A DNA stretch of 64,000 nt from sequence record SRR20825019_719; one strand, written 5' to 3'. The notes under the pieces were generated by a model. It worked only from the letters and a program-made list of their open reading frames with translations, searched no databases and had not been told where the DNA came from. Position 1 is the first letter of the stretch, and every line of letters begins with the position of its first letter. Below, in pieces: positions 41,043 to 49,258 of the stretch. The position numbers and the translations under genes are program-made.

Positions 41043-42725
41043 ATGATGAAATCAATGCTATTAAAGACACTCTTTTTCAGTGTGCTAATAACAGGTACAG
41101 CCTGGGCGGTGGAACCGCCCTTTATTGTTGATGAAGCAGAGCAGGAACCCATTGAAAAAGAGAAAACAGAGGTTGATTTACCGGCAGGTGACAGTCTCAG
41201 CACGGCAAAACAGGTCAACACGGTAAGAGTCGAAAAAGTCCAGTTTCAGGGGGGGACGGTATTTGCTCTGGAACAACTGGCTGAAATGGTGAAGCCTCTT
41301 ATCGGCCAGGATGTGACCAGAGCAGAGATTGTCGCAGTATTGCGAAGCATCACGGCAAGATACAAAGAGGCCGGCTATGCCTTGTCATTTGCTTTTCTGC
41401 CTAATCAAAACGCGTCGTCCGGCTTGTTGACCATTGTGCTGGTTGAAGGCTATATCGCCCGTAAAGAAATTATCATTGAAGATGAAGATGTCAGAGATCG
41501 GGTAAGAAAACTGGCAGCCCGGATGGAAGGAGAAAAGCCGCTCACGACCAGGACATTTGAACGTTATGTCAGTCTGATTGAAGCGACCCCCGGCTATAAG
41601 TTCAAAATCCGGGTGCCGAAACCCAAAACGCTGGGTGGGGGAACCACGGTGCGGGTAGAGGAAGTCAGTGCGGACTGGTTTGAGACATCACTTGGCTTTG
41701 ATGACAGTAAAGAGGAAGAACTCAAGCTTTTACCCGGTGTGACATTTAATTCATTAACGGGCTATGGCGATAGATTAACGCTGACAACATTACTGCCTAA
41801 CGATACGGTCAACGAATATTATGCGCTTAACTATCAGCAGGATATCGGCACTGATGGTTTGAGACTGGAACTGGCTGCTAATCACTTTGAAAGCGAAGGT
41901 GATGATCGAATTTTTGTAGCAGATATTCCATTGAACTATCAGGAAAACAAAGATCGCGACACGCTGCGTGCCGGCGTGAAATATCCCTTGCAGCTATCTA
42001 AAAAGTCCTCGTGGTGGATTGGCAGTAATCTGCATTATCTGGATGAGGAAGCAGTCTACGAACTGCAGCGGGAAGACGGTTTAGGCAATGCCGTGGAAAT
42101 AGAAAAGGAATTACGATACTCGGCACTGGAGTTGAACACGGTCTGGACTAAACAACTAACGCGACAAATTTTCAGGTTGTCCGGCAGCATCAAGCAGGGT
42201 ATTGAACTCGGCAATAGTAAAAATAACATCACCGATGCGAATGGTACTCGCTCAGGCACTGAGACGATTCATTTCAATACCGTCAGGCTGGATGGTCTCT
42301 GGCGGTATATGATGAGTCCGAAATGGCGGGTACAGACTAAAGCTAATTTATTCTGGTCAGATGATATTCTGCCGTCTGCTGAGCAAATTCGTTACGGTGG
42401 TCCCCGCTATGGTCGTGGTTACCCCGATGGTCAGGCCCAAGGGGATAAAGGCATGGCTGGCGAACTGGAGTTGCGTTATCTGCAAGCCATCCCAATGCGG
42501 GTTATCAAACGTATAGAACCCTACGTCGTGTTTGATGCGGCCCGCACTAAACTCCGTGCCAATGACAGGGAGCAAGAGCTGGTGTCAGCTGCAGTTGGTA
42601 TTGATATCACGGATACAAATACCTACACGCTGGGACTGGAATATGCCAAGCCATTGGGCGATGCCCACTTTGAAACAGGGGACCGAAGCCCGATTTATAA
42701 CATCAAGCTTCGCTGGCAATTCTGA
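41043..42725 (+). CDS. ShlB/FhaC/HecB (TpsB, Omp85) outer-membrane transporter
   Basis: Signal peptide; POTRA-like (ITARYKEAGY, LVEGYI); beta-barrel with GRGY (VRGY-like) loop; C-terminal LRWQF. Confidence 0.85.
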   Translation: MMKSMLLKTLFFSVLITGTAWAVEPPFIVDEAEQEPIEKEKTEVDLPAGDSLSTAKQVNTVRVEKVQFQGGTVFALEQLAEMVKPLIGQDVTRAEIVAVLRSITARYKEAGYALSFAFLPNQNASSGLLTIVLVEGYIARKEIIIEDEDVRDRVRKLAARMEGEKPLTTRTFERYVSLIEATPGYKFKIRVPKPKTLGGGTTVRVEEVSADWFETSLGFDDSKEEELKLLPGVTFNSLTGYGDRLTLTTLLPNDTVNEYYALNYQQDIGTDGLRLELAANHFESEGDDRIFVADIPLNYQENKDRDTLRAGVKYPLQLSKKSSWWIGSNLHYLDEEAVYELQREDGLGNAVEIEKELRYSALELNTVWTKQLTRQIFRLSGSIKQGIELGNSKNNITDANGTRSGTETIHFNTVRLDGLWRYMMSPKWRVQTKANLFWSDDILPSAEQIRYGGPRYGRGYPDGQAQGDKGMAGELELRYLQAIPMRVIKRIEPYVVFDAARTKLRANDREQELVSAAVGIDITDTNTYTLGLEYAKPLGDAHFETGDRSPIYNIKLRWQF

Positions 42726-42864
42726 TATTCAGAAAAATAGCCAAACGTTTCTCAATATTCTTAATATTCGTTTTATTTGCAGCCTCAATATGTTAAAAAC
42801 AGAACTGGTGTTTGTGCACCGGTCATGATGTCTCATGGCTAAGTTGAGAAATGAGGAGTGAGAG

Positions 42865-43797
42865 ATGCAAAAGAGAAATATTTTATCGTCCTGCCTTGTT
42901 GCTGCAGGACTTTCCCTGTCCTTTACCGCCTCTGCGCTGGAGTTGGATAGTGGATTGCCGACGGATGATGTCGTTGCTGCTGTTGAAGGTACGGTTGCAG
43001 GTGGCAAGCAAGCGGCAACCGGTTTAGTGGGGGAGACGCAAGCCGTTGCCGAAGAAACCGTTGCTGGTGTCGTAGCTCTGACTGGGGAAGAAGATACCGT
43101 GAGCGGTGCCGTCAGCATCGTTGAAGGTGCGGTCGGTGACACTAAATCGTTGATTGGTGCTGAAGACCGCGTAGCAGGTGTTGTGTCAAAAGTCGAAGCA
43201 ACCAAAACGGTTGTCAAGACAACAGCACATGACACAGTCGCCCTTGCGGGTACGGTGGTTCAGGAGACAAAAGCCGTTGCCGGTGGTGCATTGAGTGGTG
43301 TTGAGGATGTGGCTGGTGTCAGTGGGCTCACTGATGGTGCGACAGGCTTGGCCTCCAATACGGTTGATAATGTGACGGTTTTGACTGCTGGTGCCGTTGA
43401 TACCTCGGTGAGCCTGGTTGATGCCACTGTGGATACCGCCACAGGTCTGGTCGGCGGCGTTGATGCGCTCGGTACTGTCAATGACACCGTTGGCGGCGTC
43501 ACTGGTGGGGACCTGTTGGGTACGGATGTACTGGGTACAGTAACGGGTACTCTGGGTGGTGTGACCGGTGGTGAACTGCTGGGTGCCGACGCTGTTGGTA
43601 CTGTCACCGGTACTGTTGGTGGACTGACAGGTGGTGCTTTGCCGGGTACTGAAGTGCTGGGTACGGTGACTGATACTGCTGATGGCCTCACAGGCGGATT
43701 GCTGGATGTCAGTGGCAGCGCCAGTGCGGATGCTGAAGCCTCTGCTTCTGGAGAGTCAGCACTATCAACTGGCCCACTGTTGAGTGGTTTACTATAA
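42865..43797 (+). CDS. Exported Gly/Thr/Val/Ala-rich repeat protein
   Basis: GAGGAG RBS; signal peptide ending TASA; repeats share GTVTxTVxGLTGG with the 39437 protein. Confidence 0.8.
   Translation: MQKRNILSSCLVAAGLSLSFTASALELDSGLPTDDVVAAVEGTVAGGKQAATGLVGETQAVAEETVAGVVALTGEEDTVSGAVSIVEGAVGDTKSLIGAEDRVAGVVSKVEATKTVVKTTAHDTVALAGTVVQETKAVAGGALSGVEDVAGVSGLTDGATGLASNTVDNVTVLTAGAVDTSVSLVDATVDTATGLVGGVDALGTVNDTVGGVTGGDLLGTDVLGTVTGTLGGVTGGELLGADAVGTVTGTVGGLTGGALPGTEVLGTVTDTADGLTGGLLDVSGSASADAEASASGESALSTGPLLSGLL
43462..43707 (+). repeat. Coding tandem repeat, about four 63-bp units
   Basis: DALGTVNDTVGGVTGGDLLGT / DVLGTVTGTLGGVTGGELLGA / DAVGTVTGTVGGLTGGALPGT / EVLGTVTDTADGLTGGLLD. Confidence 0.88.
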
Positions 43798-43804
43798 AAA
43801 TTAT

Positions 43805-43834
43805 GACACCACCGGGAGTTACCCCGGTGGTGTC
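43805..43834 (+). terminator. 12-bp hairpin closing the repeat-protein locus
   Basis: GACACCACCGGG-AGTTAC-CCCGGTGGTGTC; weak U-tail. Confidence 0.7.
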
Positions 43835-43990
43835 TTATTGCCCTTCCAACGAAATCAAATACTTAAGCACACTGCAAAATTGTGTGTAACCAGCTCGCTC
43901 AGCCCACACCACTAATTTTCCTGTCACACACACTTAAACCGCATCCGTCGATGCTATGCTAAGACATTTACAAAAATGTTTGAGGTCTTT

Positions 43991-44767
43991 ATGCGTGTTG
44001 ACTGGCATCAATATTATGCTGCGGTATGGCGTAGTCACAGTCAGAAACTGAAACCGGTAGAGCGGCTGGATCCCGTTCGTCTGTCTGAGCTCAAAGGCAT
44101 CGAGAAGCAAAAACAGGCTTTACTGGATAATACGCGACATTTTATTCAGGGAAAAACCAGTAATCACGCGATGTTGTGGGGCGCACGCGGTACCGGCAAA
44201 TCATCCTTGATCAAGGCCATGTTAAATGAAATGGCGAGTGATGGATTACGCATGTTGCAGGTAGATAAAGATCAGGTTGGTCACCTGCCGGAAATTCTGG
44301 ATTCACTGGAAGAAGCCGACGATCAGTTTCGTTTTGTGATTTTTTGTGATGATTTGTCCTTTGAAGAAGGGGAGTCGACATACAAACCGCTCAAGTCCCT
44401 GCTTGAAGGTGGGCTGGAACTGCCGCCGGATCATGTGCGGCTTTATGCGACCTCCAATCGCCGTCATCTTTTACCGGAAAAACAGTCCGAAAATCAGCTC
44501 AGTGGTCTGGTCGATGGAGAAGTGCATTATGCCGACAGCCTGGAAGATAAGCTGGCTTTGTCTGATCGTTTCGGGCTGAACCTGTCGTTCTATCCGGCCA
44601 ACTGGGAGAACTACTTCGCGATAGTTGAATCTCTGTTTGCCGAACTGGATATCGACAAGCAGCAATTGCATGAAGCGGCCAGGCTTTATGCGATGGGTCG
44701 GGGGGGACACAGCGGGAGAACCGCGAAACAGTTTTACCAGTACTACCGAGCCCGAATCAGCGGTTAG
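43991..44767 (+). CDS. DUF815-family AAA+ ATPase
   Basis: GARGTGKSS, IFCDDLSF, YATSNRRHL, LSDRFG, SGRTA. Confidence 0.85.
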   Translation: MRVDWHQYYAAVWRSHSQKLKPVERLDPVRLSELKGIEKQKQALLDNTRHFIQGKTSNHAMLWGARGTGKSSLIKAMLNEMASDGLRMLQVDKDQVGHLPEILDSLEEADDQFRFVIFCDDLSFEEGESTYKPLKSLLEGGLELPPDHVRLYATSNRRHLLPEKQSENQLSGLVDGEVHYADSLEDKLALSDRFGLNLSFYPANWENYFAIVESLFAELDIDKQQLHEAARLYAMGRGGHSGRTAKQFYQYYRARISG

Positions 44768-45965
44768 TGGCTGAGCCTTCTTCAGTCGAAGCGCCATATT
44801 GCATCAAACCGCGCAGCACCGGCGCGGTTAGCGCGCAACTGAACATCACCAGAGTCATCGGCCATGGTGTGCCATCCCCCAGAAGACCGACCACTGATCC
44901 GCTGATGGCACCGGTGGCAAAACCGGAGGCACCGAGCAAAGCCGTCGCGGTCGCACTGTTGGTCGGGAAGTACTCCACGGTGCTTGAGGTCGCGTTGGAG
45001 ACAATCAGGCCCATAATGCCGATAAATACAATAATCAATGGTATGACGATAATGAGCGAGGGCATCTGACTGAAGCTGATATAGGTTAGCAATAGCGTTG
45101 CCGTAAGTAGCTGCCCGCCCTGCCCGACACTGAGAATCTGCTGAGGTCGGTACCTGTGTAAGAGACGGAGATTAAGTCGGTTAAACAGCATCATCGCCAC
45201 CACATTGACGCCGAACAGAAACGGATACACGGTTTCACTGACGCCGAAATAGCCCATATAAACTGCTGGAGAGCCGGTGATAAAAGCAAACATGCCGCCC
45301 AGGGCAAAACATTGTGAAAAGATAAACCCTACCGCGCAGCGGTTGCTGAGTACCATCTTGTAGCGTTTGAATGCGTTGGGTCTGTCGCTGGCGATATGCC
45401 GAGTCTCTGGCAGTTTAAAAAACAGTGTGCTGCCGATAACCAGGCCGTAAACCAGCAGGAAGTCGAAAATCAGTCGCCAGCCGCTTAGCTGCAGTAACAG
45501 CATGCCGATAAGTGGCGCCAGCAGGGGAGCCAGCATCATGATGATTGCCATATTGGACAGGTGACGGGCGCTTTCCTGTCCCTTACTCAAATCCCGTATC
45601 ACGGCTGCAGAATTTACCACTGCAAGGCCGCCACCAAAGGCTTCTACAAGGCGAGCGGCCCAGACCCACTGCATGGTCGGGCTGAAAATGATGCCCAATG
45701 TGCCCAGGCAAAACAGGCTGATACCAATACCGGTGGCAGCGCGACGGCCGAAATGATCGGAAAAAGGTCCTCCTACTAACTGACCGATAGCAAACCCGGC
45801 CAGAAACAGGCTGAGCGATAATTCGGTGTCATGAATGCTGACATTAAAAAATGCCGACATTTCAGGCATGGCCGGTAGATAGGCATCAATAGCCAGCGGT
45901 GTCATCGCTGTTAAAGCCGCGAGAAACAGAATCAGCGAGCGAATATCTGGTTGGGAGGAACTCAT
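44757..45965 (-). CDS. Bcr/CflA-family MFS efflux transporter
   Basis: PLAIDAYLPAMP, GPFSDHFGRR, LPET. Confidence 0.9.
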   Translation of the reverse strand: MSSSQPDIRSLILFLAALTAMTPLAIDAYLPAMPEMSAFFNVSIHDTELSLSLFLAGFAIGQLVGGPFSDHFGRRAATGIGISLFCLGTLGIIFSPTMQWVWAARLVEAFGGGLAVVNSAAVIRDLSKGQESARHLSNMAIIMMLAPLLAPLIGMLLLQLSGWRLIFDFLLVYGLVIGSTLFFKLPETRHIASDRPNAFKRYKMVLSNRCAVGFIFSQCFALGGMFAFITGSPAVYMGYFGVSETVYPFLFGVNVVAMMLFNRLNLRLLHRYRPQQILSVGQGGQLLTATLLLTYISFSQMPSLIIVIPLIIVFIGIMGLIVSNATSSTVEYFPTNSATATALLGASGFATGAISGSVVGLLGDGTPWPMTLVMFSCALTAPVLRGLMQYGASTEEGSATNR

Positions 45966-46480
45966 TCTGTGGCTTCTACCTGCGTTTCAATCAGTTGCAG
46001 GCAGCCCTTCAGTAAACTGGCAAACTGCGTTTTGTCATTGTCAGTCATGCCTGACAGCAGTGAGGAGAGTAAATCAAAATGGGCTGGAGCGGCCTCGTCA
46101 ATAAGTACTTGCCCCTGCGCAGTGAGGGAGACTTTCACACTGCGCCGGTCCTGCGGGCAGTGGGCTCTTGTGATTAAGCCTTTATTTTCCAGCCGATCCA
46201 GACGGCTGGTCATCGCACCGGAACTGAGCAACATGCTTTGATAGAGCGCCGATGGCGTCAGGGCGTCTACATCCGCTCGTCTCAATGCGGCAAGGACATC
46301 AAACTCTCCCTGTTTAAGATTAAAACGCGCGTGAAGATCACCGATACGTGTTTCCAGCGCCTTACTCAGTCGCAGTGCACGGGCAGCGATCTGCATGCTG
46401 CTGAAATCAGCCTTAAGTCCGCGGGCTTGCCATTGCTCGGTAATGCCATCGATATCATCTGGTGCGTTATTTTTTCTCAT
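45962..46480 (-). CDS. MarR-family regulator (UrtR/PecS-like)
   Basis: N-terminal helix with Trp, EFDVLAALRR, TSRLDRLE, DRRS wing. Confidence 0.85.
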   Translation of the reverse strand: MRKNNAPDDIDGITEQWQARGLKADFSSMQIAARALRLSKALETRIGDLHARFNLKQGEFDVLAALRRADVDALTPSALYQSMLLSSGAMTSRLDRLENKGLITRAHCPQDRRSVKVSLTAQGQVLIDEAAPAHFDLLSSLLSGMTDNDKTQFASLLKGCLQLIETQVEATE

Positions 46481-46537
46481 GATAATGGGGCGTTATTAAA
46501 AACTTATTTGAGTCTAGCTTTTTATCTTTATAAAAAC

Positions 46538-46555
46538 AATCTTTATATAAAGACA
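46538..46555. promoter_or_regulatory. Putative MarR operator palindrome
   Basis: Perfect TCTTTATATAAAGA at 46540-46553, about 60 bp upstream of marR. Confidence 0.6.
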
Positions 46556-46648
46556 CATTGCCATAATAAATTGATTTAAATTGTATAAATTGATTAACAG
46601 TTAGCTGCCGAAATAACCCGTTTTATGAATTTTGCATTGCTGTGCATA

Positions 46649-46677
46649 TTGATGTTCGCAGCTGACAAACTTATAAT
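46649..46677 (+). promoter_or_regulatory. Putative sigma70 promoter of the FdhF/YdeP gene
   Basis: TTGATG-17 bp-TATAAT. Confidence 0.65.
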
Positions 46678-46860
46678 ACGTGCTGATCGCAATGATCAGA
46701 AGGATGACAGGCGGTAGTCCTGTTTCATCACGCAGAACATGCCGTTCTGATCTCTCAATTTTTAATTTTACAGGCCAATTTCGCCTGCGCCTTGCTGATT
46801 GCTTTCAGTGCGGCCGGAAAAGCTGTGCCTGTTTTGCTTTGTCTCGGAGAATTTATTCCT

Positions 46861-49161
46861 GTGAGTCATTACAAGCCGTATAACGGACCAGCCGCAGGCT
46901 GGGGTGCGCTGGTCAGTGTGACCCGAAACTGGTTGGGTAGTAAAAACGCGATAAAGAATATTCGCGCCATGCTTAAAACCAATCAGGACCACGGCCTTGA
47001 TTGTCCCGGTTGCGCCTGGGGAGAGACCCCGGAAAAGCATTTCATCAAGTTTTGTGAAAATGGCGCCAAAGCGGTTAACTGGGAAGCGACCAGTCGTCGG
47101 GTTACCCCCGCATTCTTTGCCAGTCACAGCAATAGCGAACTGCTCAGGCAAAATGATTGGTGGCTGGAGTCACAGGGGCGTATTACGCATCCGATGCAGT
47201 ATAACCCGGAAACCGATCACTACGAACCGGTCACCTGGAAGCAGGCTTTTGAACTCGTTGCTAAACATCTCAAAGCACTGGAGTCACCGGATCAGGCTGA
47301 GTTTTACACTTCCGGCCGTGCCAGTAATGAAGCTGCCTTTCTGTATCAATTGTTTGTACGTGCTTTCGGTACCAACAACTTTCCCGACTGTTCCAATATG
47401 TGCCACGAAGCCAGTGGCATTGGTATGTCGGAAAGCATCGGTGTGGGTAAGGGGACGGTTACCTTTGAAGACTTTGCCGAAGCCGACGCCATCTTTGTGA
47501 TTGGACAGAATCCGGGTACCAATCATCCGCGCATGCTGGAGCCACTGCGTGAAGCAGTTCAGCGCGGTGCCCAGGTGATTTGCTTTAACCCGCTGAAAGA
47601 AAGAGGGCTGGAGCGCTTTCAGCATCCGCAGAACCCGCTGGAAATGCTGACCAATGAATCCGAGCCCACTACCAGTGCTTATTTTCGTCCGGCTTTGGGG
47701 GGCGATATGGCGGCGATTCGGGGCATGGTCAAGTTCCTCCTGCAATGGGAACGTGAAGCCCAGGCGCAGAATAAACCTGCGGTGTTTGACCGCGAGTTCA
47801 TTGCCGAGCATACCGATGGCCTTGATGAGTATCTGACTGAAGTCGATAACACCAGCTGGACGCAGATTGAACAACAGTCCGGGCTGAGCCGACAGGATAT
47901 TGAACTCGCCGCCAGTATGTACCGTAAGGCTGATCGCGTCATTATGTGCTGGGCGATGGGGGTGACTCAGCATCTGCATTCGGTGGCGACAGTGCAGGAA
48001 ATCATCAACCTGCAACTCCTGTGCGGCAATATCGGTAAACCCGGTGCCGGACTGTCGCCGGTTCGGGGTCACAGTAATGTGCAGGGCGACCGCACGATGG
48101 GGATTGATGAGCAGCCGCCGGCTTCACTACTGGATGCACTGGAGCAACGTTTCCAGTTCAAAGTGCCGCGTCACCACGGTCATACGACGGTGAAAGCCAT
48201 CGCTGCGATGGAGACGGGTGAGGCTAAGGTTTTCTTTGGTCTGGGCGGTAATTTTGTTCAGGCAGCGCCGGATACACCGCGAACCTATGCCGCCATGCAG
48301 AACTGCGACCTGACTGTCCACGTTTCGACCAAGCTCAACCGCAGTCATCTGATTACCGGTAAACAGGCGTTGATTCTGCCCTGTATTGGTCGAACCGAAA
48401 TTGATTACCAGAAAAACGGCAAGCAGGGCGTGACCGTAGAAGACACCTTCAGCATGGTGCATATTTCCTATGGTCAGTTGAAGCCGTTTTCGCCTTTGCT
48501 TAAATCGGAAGCCGCAATTATTGCCGGTATCGCCGAAGCCACCCTGGGCACGCATCCGGTTGACTGGAACTGGCTGGTGGAAGATTACAGCCGTATTCGT
48601 GATCTGATTGACGATACCATTCCCGGCTTTGCCAACTTTAATGAACGCGTTGATCTGCCCGGAGGTTTTTATCTGGGTAACAACGCGCGGGATCGTATCT
48701 GGTACACCGACAGTGGTAAGGCAAACTTCAAAGCCAATGCCTTGCCTACTACACTCATTCATGCCGATATCACTGCCATGGGGGACAAGCCGGATCTGAT
48801 TCTGCAGACCATGCGCTCCCATGATCAATACAACACCACGGTCTACAGCATGAATGACCGCTATCGTGGCGTTTACGGTATGCGTGATGTGGTGTTTGCC
48901 AATGAAGCCGATATTCGCAAACTCGGGCTCGAGCCCGGCCAGAAAGTGGATCTGATCTCGCTTTGGGGCGATGGCAAGGAACGTCGTGTCAATGGCTTTA
49001 CTTTGCTCAGTTATGATATCCCTGAAGGGCAGGCGGCGGCCTACTATCCGGAGACCAATCCTCTGGTGCCACTGGACAGTGTCGGTGACAAAACATTTAC
49101 CCCGACGTCCAAATTTATCGCCATTAAGCTGCAGGCCAGCCGTGAGTCGAATGCTGCCTAG
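46861..49161 (+). CDS. FdhF/YdeP-family molybdopterin oxidoreductase (Fdh4A-like)
   Basis: DCPGCAW, FCENGAKA, PDCSNMCHE, RGHSNVQG, RSHDQYNTT; GGAGA RBS before GTG. Confidence 0.9.
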   Translation: MSHYKPYNGPAAGWGALVSVTRNWLGSKNAIKNIRAMLKTNQDHGLDCPGCAWGETPEKHFIKFCENGAKAVNWEATSRRVTPAFFASHSNSELLRQNDWWLESQGRITHPMQYNPETDHYEPVTWKQAFELVAKHLKALESPDQAEFYTSGRASNEAAFLYQLFVRAFGTNNFPDCSNMCHEASGIGMSESIGVGKGTVTFEDFAEADAIFVIGQNPGTNHPRMLEPLREAVQRGAQVICFNPLKERGLERFQHPQNPLEMLTNESEPTTSAYFRPALGGDMAAIRGMVKFLLQWEREAQAQNKPAVFDREFIAEHTDGLDEYLTEVDNTSWTQIEQQSGLSRQDIELAASMYRKADRVIMCWAMGVTQHLHSVATVQEIINLQLLCGNIGKPGAGLSPVRGHSNVQGDRTMGIDEQPPASLLDALEQRFQFKVPRHHGHTTVKAIAAMETGEAKVFFGLGGNFVQAAPDTPRTYAAMQNCDLTVHVSTKLNRSHLITGKQALILPCIGRTEIDYQKNGKQGVTVEDTFSMVHISYGQLKPFSPLLKSEAAIIAGIAEATLGTHPVDWNWLVEDYSRIRDLIDDTIPGFANFNERVDLPGGFYLGNNARDRIWYTDSGKANFKANALPTTLIHADITAMGDKPDLILQTMRSHDQYNTTVYSMNDRYRGVYGMRDVVFANEADIRKLGLEPGQKVDLISLWGDGKERRVNGFTLLSYDIPEGQAAAYYPETNPLVPLDSVGDKTFTPTSKFIAIKLQASRESNAA

Positions 49162-49206
49162 ACTTTAGGGCTGATTGTTTCAGTCTTGAATATGGGTGAA
49201 AATATG

Positions 49207-49240
49207 CGGTTTGCCGGGTTTGTGCGGCAAACCGTTTTTT
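49207..49240 (+). terminator. Intrinsic terminator after FdhF/YdeP gene
   Basis: CGGTTTGCCG-8 nt-CGGCAAACCG-TTTTTT. Confidence 0.75.
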
Positions 49241-49258
49241 AATGTAGAGCTGTTATCC

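Noticed and set aside
39688-43691. Antisense Pro/Ser/Thr-rich ORFs over the repeat genes
   Set aside because: Mirror of Gly/Thr/Val codons; the + strand has the RBS, signal peptides and terminators
47284-48828. Antisense ORFs of 262 and 233 aa within the FdhF/YdeP gene
   Set aside because: Fully overlap a well-supported gene and show no recognisable motifs
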